IMG/VR virus record: IMGVR_UViG_3300027906_002908
Location: 1-28,820 of that record
DNA from: a virus
Lineage: Duplodnaviria; Caudoviricetes
Strand: one strand, 5' to 3'
DNA length: 28,820 nucleotides
Part shown: one piece after another, positions 1 to 10,389 of the stretch
How positions within the stretch are numbered: the first letter of the stretch is position 1
Layout of the letters: each line of letters opens with the position of its first letter
Translations under genes and position numbers: made by a program
Notes under the pieces: model-generated
The model's database searches: none
What the model was told of the DNA's origin: nothing
The model's input: the letters and a program-made list of their open reading frames with translations, nothing else

Positions 1-567
1 CATTGGTATAATGGAAATGAATTTGATATGTCTATTATACATGAAGCAATAGAAGTAATACCAGATAGAACAAAAATAGTTATTCGTAGCACAGTTGGCC
101 CAAACAACTTAGAAGACACTTGGATACATTGGCCCGAATTCTTGCGAGAAAAGAATTGGGAAGAAGACTCAGATGATAAGTCAATTCCTTTTATCGTTGG
201 TGCTGATGGAGACACGCAATCAGAGATGGAATCTTGGTTTACAAATAGAAATACTATATTTGTTTCCCCCAAAACAGCTGCGATGTATAAGTTGTCTAGA
301 AACGCGATGTTAGCTGCTAAGGTAACTATGGCAAACTATATTCATACTGCATGTGTAGAACAAAATGTAGAATATAACAATGTATCGAAGTTATTGAAGA
401 CATACGCAAACCTTGGAACCTCTCATTGGGATGTGCCAGGCCCAGATGGAGAATATGGTTTCGGTGGTTCTTGTTTTCCAAAAGACACTACACACTTTGC
501 GTCAATGTTAGGTAATCAGAGTAATATCTTTACTCATGTTTTGAGGTGCAATGAACGAGGTCGCTAA
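1..567 (+). CDS. UDP-glucose/GDP-mannose dehydrogenase family protein, 5'-truncated by window edge
   Basis: Motifs VIRSTVGP, PEFLRE, K..RNA.LA.K and GPDGEYGFGGSCFPKD (catalytic Cys). Frame is open from base 1 (cat tgg tat aat...), so the true start is upstream. Confidence 0.85.
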   Translation, partial: HWYNGNEFDMSIIHEAIEVIPDRTKIVIRSTVGPNNLEDTWIHWPEFLREKNWEEDSDDKSIPFIVGADGDTQSEMESWFTNRNTIFVSPKTAAMYKLSRNAMLAAKVTMANYIHTACVEQNVEYNNVSKLLKTYANLGTSHWDVPGPDGEYGFGGSCFPKDTTHFASMLGNQSNIFTHVLRCNERGR

Positions 568-1828
568 ATACCTAGATGACATTACAAGAAGAAACAACGA
601 AATCGGTAAAGGGTTCTGTGTTCTAAAGTGGTGGCATTTAGAAATGCACTTAGGCACAGGTAACTACCATTCCTGTTTTCATTGCCCACAGCAAAACCTT
701 AAACTTGATGAAGATATGCATAATACTCTTCATAAGATACAACAAAGAAAGACCATGTTGGAAGGTGGTAGACCAGATGAATGTTCTTATTGTTGGAAGG
801 CTGAAGATGCTGGTGCGGTAAGTCCCAGAACAACTCTCACTCCAATATACACTCAGATGGAAGAGGATATTATTGAGACTACTGCTAACTTAAAGTGGGA
901 TGAGTATGTGTATCCGAAATACTTGGAGATGAGTTTTTCAAATACATGTCAAATGAAATGTTCTTATTGTGCTCCCTCTCTAAGTTCTACTTTGTTACAG
1001 GAAATAAAAAAAGAAGGTGCATACCCTCTTGTAGACCCAGAGAATAGAGGTCAATATGAATTGAATGGAACAGAGGAACTTTATAAGGATGATGATAACC
1101 CCCTGTTAGATAAGTTTTGGGATTGGTTTAGTGAGGCAAGAAAACATCTTAATACTTTAAGAATAACTGGTGGAGAACCCCTGTTACATAAAAGTACATT
1201 TGATATGATGGATAGATTGCGTGGAGAGTCTATTAACTTCCATGTAAACAGTAATCTATCAGTTTCTAATAGAAGGGTTACAGAAGCATGTAACTTATTA
1301 CCAGCGAAGTCTAAGATATATGCTAGTGTAGATACATTCGGAAAACAGGCGGAGTGGATTAGACACGGACTTAACTGGGACTTGTTTGACCAGAATGTTC
1401 TTACTGTTATCAACCATAAAATTCCTTTGAGTTTTATGACTACATTTTGTTTATTAAGTATTCCAAGATTCAAGGACTTCTTATACTATGTTGTACAACT
1501 AAAAGATATAGGGGATGTATTGATTGATACACCATTTATGACAAACCCGCCTCATCTATCATGTCTTATAATGGATGATGATATGAGAGAAACATTAGAA
1601 GACAGTTATCAGTTTATGTCATATAACAAAGAGTTTAATCACGCGGAAGTTGTGAAATTTGAGAGACTACTTAAATGGGTAGACGCAAATAGGTTTACTG
1701 GAGAACGCCTAAATAGTCATAGAAAGGATTTTAAAATATTTGTCGATGAACACGATAGACGGAGAAACACTAACTGGCACGAATCGTTTCCAGAGTTGAC
1801 ATATTTTTATGAGTTATGTGATGGCTGA
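551..1828 (+). CDS. Radical SAM enzyme with N-terminal twitch/SPASM-like Cys motif (#1)
   Basis: CQMKCSYC (CxxxCxxC), ITGGEP, NSNLS, SVD..G...EWIR; N-terminal C-x13-G-x4-C...CSYCW; C-terminal D.RR...FPEL. Confidence 0.9.
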   Translation: MNEVAKYLDDITRRNNEIGKGFCVLKWWHLEMHLGTGNYHSCFHCPQQNLKLDEDMHNTLHKIQQRKTMLEGGRPDECSYCWKAEDAGAVSPRTTLTPIYTQMEEDIIETTANLKWDEYVYPKYLEMSFSNTCQMKCSYCAPSLSSTLLQEIKKEGAYPLVDPENRGQYELNGTEELYKDDDNPLLDKFWDWFSEARKHLNTLRITGGEPLLHKSTFDMMDRLRGESINFHVNSNLSVSNRRVTEACNLLPAKSKIYASVDTFGKQAEWIRHGLNWDLFDQNVLTVINHKIPLSFMTTFCLLSIPRFKDFLYYVVQLKDIGDVLIDTPFMTNPPHLSCLIMDDDMRETLEDSYQFMSYNKEFNHAEVVKFERLLKWVDANRFTGERLNSHRKDFKIFVDEHDRRRNTNWHESFPELTYFYELCDG

Positions 1829-3209
1829 AAACAAACCCAATGAGTTTTGGATTGAACAATTAAAACAAAAAAGAAAAAAGATTAATGAGATTAGTCCTTC
1901 TTTTTGTTCTGCTAAGTGGTTGCAGACTACTCTGTATTTGCAGAATGGTTATAATCACTCTTGTCACCATCCCTCGCCTCATAAAATACCAGTAGAAGAA
2001 GTATTAGAGAATCCAGCAGCTCTTCATAATAGTAAGTATAAGAAACAACAGAGAATAAAGATGCTCAATGGGGAAAGACCCAAAGAGTGTGATTACTGTT
2101 GGAGAATAGAAGACCAAGGTAAAGACCATTTTTCTGACCGCCATTATAAGACCGCTGATTGGTGGTCATGGGATAAGGTTGATATTATTGCAACTGATAA
2201 CCCTACAAAAGATGTCTATCCAACATATCTAGAAGTATCCTTTTCAAACGCATGTAATTTCGCGTGTGCGTATTGTTCTCCAGAGATTAGTTCTAAGTGG
2301 ATGAAGGACATAGAAAAGAATGGCGACTATCCTGTACAGTTTGGTTCTGGTAATTTAGACTATTTAAGAGAAGTAGAAAAGTTCCCTTATAAACACTCTG
2401 ACCCAAACCCATATGTTGATGCATTTTGGAAATGGTTTCCAGAGGCACTCCCTCACTTGAAAGTATTCCGAATGACAGGCGGTGAACCTACCATGAGTAA
2501 GGATGTATGGAAAACTTTGGATTACATATACGAAAATGCAAACCCAGAGTTGTCTATTGCAATTAATAGTAATTTGGGTACACCCCCAGACCTAATACAA
2601 AAACTTGTTGATAAAGTAAATAAATTAAAAGATAAAGTCAAACAAATTGAGATATATACTAGTGCAGAAGCAATAGGAGAACAAGCAGAATATATTAGAG
2701 ATGGCATGGATTACGATTATTGGCGTGCCAATGTAGAAAAGGTATTATCAGAAACAGACGCGAATGTAGCAATAATGACTACATTGAATATATTGAGTAT
2801 GACTACTTTTGACCAGTTTATTGATGATATAATGCAGTTAAGGATAAAGTATAATAAAGATTTAGCAAATAATAGAATACCGTTAAGTATAAACTATTTG
2901 AGATTCCCGCCTCACCTACAATGTACCTTGTTAGATAGGACTACAAGAATATCCTATGCACAGGATTACGAATTGACCGCTAAGGTTTGGTTGAAATATA
3001 ATTCACCAGATATGTTCGCAAGAATTTATTTGGAAGAGTATGACCAGATACAGAGGTTCTGTGAATACCTTAGGCAAGAACACAAAGGTGCTGAAAAATA
3101 TAGAGCAGACTTTGTAAATTATATAAAAGCCTACGATATCAGAAGAGAGAAAAACTTTAGCAAAACTTTTCCAGAATATGCACATTTATTGGAGTGGTGG
3201 GATGACTAA
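1821..3209 (+). CDS. Radical SAM enzyme, twitch-like (#2)
   Basis: CNFACAYC, MTGGEP, INSNL, EYIRDG; CSAKW...G...SCHHP...CDYCW. Start placed at ATG 1821, overlapping the upstream stop (ORF track gives 1809). Confidence 0.9.
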   Translation: MAENKPNEFWIEQLKQKRKKINEISPSFCSAKWLQTTLYLQNGYNHSCHHPSPHKIPVEEVLENPAALHNSKYKKQQRIKMLNGERPKECDYCWRIEDQGKDHFSDRHYKTADWWSWDKVDIIATDNPTKDVYPTYLEVSFSNACNFACAYCSPEISSKWMKDIEKNGDYPVQFGSGNLDYLREVEKFPYKHSDPNPYVDAFWKWFPEALPHLKVFRMTGGEPTMSKDVWKTLDYIYENANPELSIAINSNLGTPPDLIQKLVDKVNKLKDKVKQIEIYTSAEAIGEQAEYIRDGMDYDYWRANVEKVLSETDANVAIMTTLNILSMTTFDQFIDDIMQLRIKYNKDLANNRIPLSINYLRFPPHLQCTLLDRTTRISYAQDYELTAKVWLKYNSPDMFARIYLEEYDQIQRFCEYLRQEHKGAEKYRADFVNYIKAYDIRREKNFSKTFPEYAHLLEWWDD

Positions 3210-3429
3210 AAAATACATTCATGTAAACATGCACAAGATTCGTGCTAATAAAAAACATGGAACAAACGAACCTGTTCTTACAGTAAAAGAGGGAAGAAAA
3301 AATACTTATGGACATAGTGTAAAGATACATGGCCCGAGTGAAGTAATATATGGTGGGAATGATAAACCATTGTTACCATGTGGGGCGAGAGTTGTTATAA
3401 TGACAGAAGCGGAGATTGAAATTGAATAA
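3202..3429 (+). CDS. Small basic hypothetical phage protein
   Basis: ATG 3202 preceded by GGAG-TGG and coupled to the upstream stop; IHVN..KIRAN...PVLTVK...Y...V.I.GPS...Y...L.CGARV pattern looks like a recurring phage family. Confidence 0.7.
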   Translation: MTKKYIHVNMHKIRANKKHGTNEPVLTVKEGRKNTYGHSVKIHGPSEVIYGGNDKPLLPCGARVVIMTEAEIEIE

Positions 3430-4924
3430 AGAGTATGATTTGATAAAATATCGTAAAGATATTCTTGATACCAAGTCAACAAGTTTTTGTGGTGCGAAGT
3501 GGTATAATGCTACTACATGGTTAGGTAGTGGTACTACTGCTTCTTGTCATCACCCCCCAGCACATAAAATTCCATTACACGAGATTTCAGCTGACCCATC
3601 CGCAATTCATAACACGCAACACAAGAAGGCAATGCGTAAGATGATGCAACGCGGAGAGAGACCGCGTGAGTGTGAGTATTGTTGGAAAGTTGAAGACATG
3701 GGAACTGATGCTGTTAGTGATAGAGTATATAAGTCAATCATATACACCAACTCAGATTTAAAGAAGGCTCACGAAGCAGACCACAATGATAATACATTAT
3801 TAAAAACATTTGAGATTGCATTTGACCGAACATGTAACCTTGCGTGTTCTTATTGTAACTCTAGTTTCTCTACTACATGGGCGAAGGATATAAAGAAACA
3901 TGGCCCTTATCAAAACATGGTATCAGATGGTGCAGCTGCCTTTCAACATGACGGTGCGTGGGCAGACCCATATGGTAAGAAAGAAGAGAACCCATATGTA
4001 ACAGCGTTCTGGGATTGGTGGGAAGATGGACTATCAGAGAGTCTTGAAGAATTGAGGGTTACAGGTGGCGAACCGTTAATGTCTGACCAAGTATGGAAGT
4101 TGTTTGATTGGTTTGAAAACAATCCATCTGATATGCGATTCGCAGTAAACTCTAATCTTATTGCGAAGAAAAGTATTGTTGATAGATTGATAGAGAAGTC
4201 ACAGGGTGTTAAGAAGTTTCACCTTTACACTAGTTGTGAAGCAACAGGAAAACAAGCTGAGTATATAAGGGACGGACTTGACTATGAACTCTGGACTAAC
4301 AATATAACGAGATTTATTAAAGAAGGTAATTATGAAGGCATTAATATAATGATGACCATTAACAGTTTGTGTTTGTTTAGTATAACAGACTTCTTAGATG
4401 ATGTATTCAAACTGAAAGAATTGACAAAAAGTAAAACGCCTGTGTTTAGTGTCAACCTATTGAGATTCCCTAGTTTCCAAAGTCCACTCTCACTACCAGA
4501 CCATATCAAAGATTACCTTAGAGAGAATCTATCTAACTGGTATGAAGAAAACAAAGACAGACCATACTGGCATGATTTTGAAAAGGCAAGTGTTGAGAGG
4601 TTGATAGACTATCTTGTAATCGTTGATGCTCCACATAGAAGGACTAGTGACAAGATGACTTTGTGGAGAGATTTTAAAACCTTCTATGGACAGTATGATA
4701 AAAGAAGAGATAAAAGTATTTCTGTTTTTCCAGAAATCCTTACTGATTGGATAGACACTCTTCCAGACACAGAAACTAAACCAATTACAGTTATGCCTAG
4801 TGGTGATAGTACGGAACAATACGCGGATGACCCAGATTTGAAAAAAATCGCAGAAGAGGAAGGATGGGTATTGAAACCAGATAATAAGAATATAGACGAA
4901 GCCTTAGGCGACTATGATAAATGA
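3416..4924 (+). CDS. Radical SAM enzyme, twitch-like (#3)
   Basis: CNLACSYC, VTGGEP, VNSNL, EYIRDG; CGAKW...G...SCHHP...CEYCW; acidic C-terminal extension. TTG start at 3416 or 3422 (GGAG at 3411). Confidence 0.9.
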   Translation: MKLNKEYDLIKYRKDILDTKSTSFCGAKWYNATTWLGSGTTASCHHPPAHKIPLHEISADPSAIHNTQHKKAMRKMMQRGERPRECEYCWKVEDMGTDAVSDRVYKSIIYTNSDLKKAHEADHNDNTLLKTFEIAFDRTCNLACSYCNSSFSTTWAKDIKKHGPYQNMVSDGAAAFQHDGAWADPYGKKEENPYVTAFWDWWEDGLSESLEELRVTGGEPLMSDQVWKLFDWFENNPSDMRFAVNSNLIAKKSIVDRLIEKSQGVKKFHLYTSCEATGKQAEYIRDGLDYELWTNNITRFIKEGNYEGINIMMTINSLCLFSITDFLDDVFKLKELTKSKTPVFSVNLLRFPSFQSPLSLPDHIKDYLRENLSNWYEENKDRPYWHDFEKASVERLIDYLVIVDAPHRRTSDKMTLWRDFKTFYGQYDKRRDKSISVFPEILTDWIDTLPDTETKPITVMPSGDSTEQYADDPDLKKIAEEEGWVLKPDNKNIDEALGDYDK

Positions 4925-4933
4925 GGAAAAAAA

Positions 4934-5491
4934 ATGCTATTTAAAAAAATAAAATTTGACTATGATTTAAACACCTTTTTGAGTGGGGATTTTACTCAAC
5001 ACTATGGAAGTTGTATTTCATATCAAAAAAGAGAACAAACGGATATCCATAAATCGGTTGGTAATGGATTCCCAGAAAGTTATCATGAAGATAATACTAG
5101 AATACAACAAATATGGTGGGAACCATCTGATATTGATTATGAAGCAATAGGGGAACAGTTAGACATTGATGTAAAGACAATTAGTGCCATTTTACAACCG
5201 CCTGGCAATACTGTTACTTTGCACCGAGACACATTTTTTAAATTCAAGACTCTTTATCCCGATGATGATAGGTTGAAGGTTAGAGCAAACATATTTTTAG
5301 AGGATTGGAAAGTAGGTCACTTCCTACAATATGAGGATGGTAATGGTGAGTGGATAAATTGCACTCATTGGAAAGCTGGAGAGGGATTGTTATGGGACAG
5401 CACTCCGCGTCACCTTAGTTGTAATGCTGGACTACATGACAAATATACTCTACAGGTAAGTGGATTTTGGAATGGGAAAAATAACTGGTAA
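4934..5491 (+). CDS. 2OG-Fe(II) oxygenase / Asp-hydroxylase-like cupin
   Basis: PGNTVTLHRD (HxD) and a distal H in RHLSCNAG; double-stranded beta-helix-like pattern; GAGG SD. Confidence 0.65.
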   Translation: MLFKKIKFDYDLNTFLSGDFTQHYGSCISYQKREQTDIHKSVGNGFPESYHEDNTRIQQIWWEPSDIDYEAIGEQLDIDVKTISAILQPPGNTVTLHRDTFFKFKTLYPDDDRLKVRANIFLEDWKVGHFLQYEDGNGEWINCTHWKAGEGLLWDSTPRHLSCNAGLHDKYTLQVSGFWNGKNNW

Positions 5492-6785
5492 TAGACCTTA
5501 TCTTTGTACTGCACCGTGGACTCATACTTATGTATCACCACAAGGCGAAAGAAGATTGTGTTGTGCTAGCAGAGAAGAGGCATCTTTCCAAAAACAGTAT
5601 TTAGATAGTGGAACGGCAAAAGGAAAGTTTGAACCACAGTCTTTAGAGGAACATTGGAATAGTGATTATATGAAAGATATCCGTAAAAGGATGTTAGCAG
5701 GAGAAAAATTAAAACAATGCCAAGTATGTAATGACCAAGTTTTAAACCTACACACATATCGTCAATATTTTACCGAAACATTGTTCCCCCACAAAGTAGA
5801 AGACATTATAGCAACTACGCGAGAAGATGGACATTATGATAAGATGCCAGTCTCGTATGATTATCGTATTTCAAATCTATGTAACTTTAAATGTCGGATG
5901 TGTGGGGAACAATTATCTTCCAGTTGGGAAGCAGAAAAGAAAAAGAACAATCTTATAGATGTTGTACAAGACCCTTGGATGGAACCAACCACCAGAAAGA
6001 AAATATCGAATTTTCAAGAAGAGGTGTTAGAAGAAGAACTACAAAAGGCAGTCGATGATAAAACTATAGAGGAAATATATTGGGTTGGTGGTGAACCATT
6101 GATGTGGGAAAGACATTGGACTATCATGCAACAATTGGTAGATAATGGCCACGCGAAAAATGTTACTATCCGTTATAATACAAATTTAAGTAGAGTAAAA
6201 TATAAAGATTATAATTTATGGGACATGTTACCGCACTTTAAGAATGTTAATATATGTGCCAGTATTGATGGTGCTTATGAAGTGGGAGAATATATCAGAG
6301 ATGGACTAGTATGGAGTGAGTGGATAGAAAACTTTAAGTCTGGTATGTTTTTAATAGACCAGTTTGGTGATGATGCATTAGTATTTGATGTAACTCTAAC
6401 AACGCCAGGCTTATTTCATCTTAACAAGTTAATTGATGTCGCTAGTTCTCTTGATATAAAATCATACTTCAAATTTACATATGCATTTGACCCTAGTGTT
6501 GTCATGTCACCGTTTTGTATTCCTAAAGATGTACTTTTACCTCAAGTTGATTCATTAATGCAACATATAGAGGAAAGACTAACATGGAAAACAAAAGTTT
6601 ATAAGGATTCTCTGGTTAGTCTAATAAATAGAGAGTCATTTGATGAACAATGGCCTGACACATATAAAGATGGATTGAAACGCGGAAAACAGTTTCAAGA
6701 ATATCTCGATGATTTAAGAAAATCCAAACTGAAGTTTGTTGATACACTTCACGGTAATGCCGTGGATTGGTGGAATAGAATATGA
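5472..6785 (+). CDS. Radical SAM enzyme, twitch-like (#4)
   Basis: CNFKCRMC, VGGEP, YNTNLS, SIDG, EYIRDG; CTAPW...G...LCC...CQVC. ATG 5472 preferred over GTG 5460. Confidence 0.9.
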   Translation: MGKITGNRPYLCTAPWTHTYVSPQGERRLCCASREEASFQKQYLDSGTAKGKFEPQSLEEHWNSDYMKDIRKRMLAGEKLKQCQVCNDQVLNLHTYRQYFTETLFPHKVEDIIATTREDGHYDKMPVSYDYRISNLCNFKCRMCGEQLSSSWEAEKKKNNLIDVVQDPWMEPTTRKKISNFQEEVLEEELQKAVDDKTIEEIYWVGGEPLMWERHWTIMQQLVDNGHAKNVTIRYNTNLSRVKYKDYNLWDMLPHFKNVNICASIDGAYEVGEYIRDGLVWSEWIENFKSGMFLIDQFGDDALVFDVTLTTPGLFHLNKLIDVASSLDIKSYFKFTYAFDPSVVMSPFCIPKDVLLPQVDSLMQHIEERLTWKTKVYKDSLVSLINRESFDEQWPDTYKDGLKRGKQFQEYLDDLRKSKLKFVDTLHGNAVDWWNRI

Positions 6786-8008
6786 GCGAAACATTTTGTC
6801 CATTACCTTGGAACCATTTAGCAACCCATCCACATGGGATATGCACTCTATGTTGTGAATCAAACCAAGAGGAAGGACAATCACAAGCTTTCAATCATAC
6901 TAGAAACAAAGCTTTTAGAGAATTTTTGACATTACAAAAGGTTGATGATTTTTCTGAGATTACCAATTCTGATAGTTTCAGTAAAGTTAGATTAGAAATG
7001 CTCAATGGAGAAAAACCAATTGAGTGTAGTAAGTGTTGGGAAGCAGAAAGTGTAGGAAATAAAAGTAAGCGATACTATGAAAGTCGCCGTCTTCCTATGA
7101 CTTTAGAACAGGCAAAAAAAATCACAAATGACGATGGTACATTAAAAGAGGTCAACTATGAATTTGTGGAATTACGCCTTGGTAATCATTGTAATGTTCA
7201 ATGTCGTACTTGCAATCCTTATTCGTCTTCTAGGTGGTTAAAGGATTGGGATAACATATACCCAGAAAGAAGAGCGCTTCCAGAATTCACGCGGAAGAGT
7301 AGTTTTAACTGGCCATTGGAAGAAGATTTCTGGGAAAAACTTATTGATAAATGCAACGAATTGAAATTGTTGTATATCAATGGCGGTGAACCTTTTCTTA
7401 TAGACAAACATTTTAACTTTTTACAGACTTTAGTTGATAGAGGGATATCGAAGAATGTAGAGATAGTCTATTCTACTAACTGTACAATTATTAACCACAC
7501 ATATGAAGACATATGGAAGGAATTTAAAAAAGTACAGTTTATGTTATCTATTGATTGTGTCGGTGAAAGAAATGAGTACATTAGAACATATACCTCTTGG
7601 TCAAAGGTATTAGAATTTGTAGATTGGATGAAAGATATAACATGGCAATACAAAAACCTAGATTATAACATACTTCAAACCGTATCTACATATAACATCT
7701 TTTATATACCAGAATTCTACGAGTATTTTGAGGGAGAACATATAAGTCATAATTTTGTAAAAGACCCCGCTCAATATGACCCCCTAATTTTACCGCAACA
7801 AGTACAACAAAAGATTTTAGACAAGTTGTCTGGGTGTGGGGGATATGATGTTGTTAAGAATTACTTTAATATAGAAGGCATCTCATATACTGACTTGGAA
7901 GTAATGAAGTCTTTCTTTCAAAAAACTGGTGCCATGGATGTTACGAAAAAAACATCTTTTAAGAAAACCTTCCCAGAATTTTATGAGTTAATTAAAGATT
8001 ATGAGTGA
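6782..8008 (+). CDS. Radical SAM enzyme, twitch-like (#5)
   Basis: CNVQCRTC, NGGEP, YSTN, SID, EYIR; CPLPW...G...LCC...CSKCW; ATGA overlap with the previous gene. Confidence 0.9.
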   Translation: MSETFCPLPWNHLATHPHGICTLCCESNQEEGQSQAFNHTRNKAFREFLTLQKVDDFSEITNSDSFSKVRLEMLNGEKPIECSKCWEAESVGNKSKRYYESRRLPMTLEQAKKITNDDGTLKEVNYEFVELRLGNHCNVQCRTCNPYSSSRWLKDWDNIYPERRALPEFTRKSSFNWPLEEDFWEKLIDKCNELKLLYINGGEPFLIDKHFNFLQTLVDRGISKNVEIVYSTNCTIINHTYEDIWKEFKKVQFMLSIDCVGERNEYIRTYTSWSKVLEFVDWMKDITWQYKNLDYNILQTVSTYNIFYIPEFYEYFEGEHISHNFVKDPAQYDPLILPQQVQQKILDKLSGCGGYDVVKNYFNIEGISYTDLEVMKSFFQKTGAMDVTKKTSFKKTFPEFYELIKDYE

Positions 8009-9218
8009 CAAGAAAAATCTATGTATGTTACCTTGGGTGCATTTGCACACATGGCCTAATGGTAATGTATATCCTTGTTGTATCACTCCAATGGAATACA
8101 TTGCTGGTAATTTAAACGATAACAGTTTAGAAGAAATATACAATAGTGACTTGATAAAAGATATCCGCGTGAAGATGTTGAATGATGAAAGACATGATGC
8201 ATGTTCAAGGTGTTATCACCAAGAAGATTCTGGTGGGCACTCCATGAGACATAGAGCAAACAAGTCATGGAAACATTATGAAAACTTAATTGAAACCACA
8301 GAGGATGATGGTACGATAGAAGAAATGAAACTCCCCTACTGGGATTTTAGATTTTCTAATATATGTAATTTCAAATGTCGTAGTTGTGGCCCTCAGTTGA
8401 GTACTGGTTGGTATCCAGATACAAAGAAGATTGCTGTTTTGGAAACAGGTAGGTCATTCCTACCAGACGATGTACCCAAGAAGAATACTTTTGATTTATG
8501 GGAACAGATAGAACCACACTTTGAATCTGTAGAAGAAATATATTTCGCTGGTGGCGAACCTCTTATAATGGAAGAACACTATCGCATATTAAAGAAACTA
8601 GACGCGATGGGTAAACACGATGTACTTATTAGATACAACACAAATTTTAGTGAGATGCGATATAAGGATTTGCATGTCTTGGAGTTCTGGCCGAAGTTTA
8701 AGAATATAGAGGTTGGTGCTAGTATAGATGGGATGGAAGAACAAGGAGAATTTATTCGTAGTGGATTTAACTGGGAACAGTTCAAAGAAAATAGAAACCG
8801 AATGAAAGAAACATGTTCTCATGTAAACTTTTATGTTAGTTCTACTATTAGTATTCAAAATGCATATCATGTAATACCATTCCATCACGCGCTTGTGGAC
8901 GGCGGATATATTGACAGTTACAACTCTTTTAATGTTAATATTGTTACAGAACCGAAACACCTTGATATGAGGATTTTACCACAACACCACAAAGTAGAAT
9001 TAGAAAAACTCTACCAAGAACACATTGACTTCTTGTCCGAAAAAAGTCTTTGGTCTGTAAAACAGGGATTCGATACTTTAAAAAATCATTTGATGCAAGA
9101 CTTAGATGGAGAACACCTCGAAGTGTTTGAATATAAAATGAAACAGTTGGATGAGTTAAGGGGAGAAGACTTCCAGAAAACTTTTCCCGAACTAGAGGAC
9201 TTATATCATGTCCGATAA
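8001..9218 (+). CDS. Radical SAM enzyme, twitch-like (#6)
   Basis: CNFKCRSC, FAGGEP, YNTN, SIDG; CMLPW...GNVYPCC..GNL...CSRCY. Confidence 0.9.
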   Translation: MSDKKNLCMLPWVHLHTWPNGNVYPCCITPMEYIAGNLNDNSLEEIYNSDLIKDIRVKMLNDERHDACSRCYHQEDSGGHSMRHRANKSWKHYENLIETTEDDGTIEEMKLPYWDFRFSNICNFKCRSCGPQLSTGWYPDTKKIAVLETGRSFLPDDVPKKNTFDLWEQIEPHFESVEEIYFAGGEPLIMEEHYRILKKLDAMGKHDVLIRYNTNFSEMRYKDLHVLEFWPKFKNIEVGASIDGMEEQGEFIRSGFNWEQFKENRNRMKETCSHVNFYVSSTISIQNAYHVIPFHHALVDGGYIDSYNSFNVNIVTEPKHLDMRILPQHHKVELEKLYQEHIDFLSEKSLWSVKQGFDTLKNHLMQDLDGEHLEVFEYKMKQLDELRGEDFQKTFPELEDLYHVR

Positions 9219-10389
9219 GATATGTGTATTGCCTTGGGTTCATACAGAGTTCACTACAGATGGAACCGCGAATCCATGTTGTTTATATAAGGGCAATCCT
9301 ATGGGGAACCTAAAACAAGAAAACTTTCTTGATGTCTGGAATGGAGAACCATATAAGAATTTGCGAAGAGAGTTTCTTGAAGGCAAACAACCGTCTGGAT
9401 GTGCCATGTGTTGGGAAGGAGAAGAGGCAGGATATCAATCAAAGAGATTACAAGATAATAAAAGATTTGCCAAAGAACTTGAAGAGATAAAAGAAAGAGG
9501 AAGTTTTATTGCTACTGATACTCCGAAATATCTTGACTTGAAGTTTGGTACATTGTGTAATTTAAAGTGTAGAACTTGTGGTAGTATAAACAGTTCAAAG
9601 TGGCAGACCGATGAGAAAAAACTATACGGTAGAATTCTAAACAAAAAAGACCCTCTGTGGATTATTAAAAATCCAACTGTGTGGGATGAGTTATTTGAAA
9701 TCATGCCATTGATAGAGCAAATGGACTTCACAGGTGGTGAACCATTTATGATAGAAGAACATTTTGAGTTATTGCGTAGAACAGTAGAGGCAGGACACGC
9801 GGAACATATATCCTTACATTATAACACAAATGGAACTATTCGTCCACCACAAAAAATATTTGATTTGTGGAAAGAGTTCAAGTCTTGTGAAGTAATGTTT
9901 AGCATTGATGGAATATTCAAGAAATTTGAATATATCAGACACCCAGCAAAATGGGATGAAGTGTGGGATAACTATAACTACTTTAAATCACTTGATTGGA
10001 TGTATGTCCAAGTATGTCACACAGTTAGTCTTTATAACATATATTACTTGGACGAATTTGTAGAGATGTTTGGAAGAGATAATATATATCTAAATCTCTT
10101 GCACTTTCCTAGACAGTATTGTGTTAGGAATATGCCAGATGTATGTAAAAAACAGGTCGAGGATAAACTTATAAATATTCCAGATATGAACGATATCATA
10201 TCGTTTATGAATCAAGAACCCAATTTCGATAAACTAGACCTTGGGTTTTTACCTGTTACAGAAAGATTAGATGGATTGAGAAATGAATGTTATAGTGAAA
10301 TATTTTCAGAATTTTATAGGATATTAGTTGATGGTGGAATTGGAAAAGAACCTTGGAACCCTAAACAGTACTTTGGACAAATTAGTTGA
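9208..10389 (+). CDS. Radical SAM enzyme, twitch-like (#7)
   Basis: CNLKCRTC, FTGGEP, YNTNG, SIDG, EYIR; CVLPW...G...PCC..GNL...CAMCW. Confidence 0.9.
   Translation: MSDKICVLPWVHTEFTTDGTANPCCLYKGNPMGNLKQENFLDVWNGEPYKNLRREFLEGKQPSGCAMCWEGEEAGYQSKRLQDNKRFAKELEEIKERGSFIATDTPKYLDLKFGTLCNLKCRTCGSINSSKWQTDEKKLYGRILNKKDPLWIIKNPTVWDELFEIMPLIEQMDFTGGEPFMIEEHFELLRRTVEAGHAEHISLHYNTNGTIRPPQKIFDLWKEFKSCEVMFSIDGIFKKFEYIRHPAKWDEVWDNYNYFKSLDWMYVQVCHTVSLYNIYYLDEFVEMFGRDNIYLNLLHFPRQYCVRNMPDVCKKQVEDKLINIPDMNDIISFMNQEPNFDKLDLGFLPVTERLDGLRNECYSEIFSEFYRILVDGGIGKEPWNPKQYFGQIS

Noticed and set aside
4-12. TGGTATAAT extended -10-like sequence
   Set aside because: Inside the open dehydrogenase frame at the window edge; upstream context unavailable
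10170-10177. TATAAATA inside radical SAM #7
   Set aside because: Intragenic, and chance matches are expected in AT-rich DNA; unsupported, though it could drive downstream genes
551-10389. RiPP (peptide maturase) interpretation of the radical SAM array
   Set aside because: No evident precursor peptide, RRE domain, protease or exporter in the window, and neighbours are sugar enzymes. Not fully excluded, since the cluster extends past the left edge.
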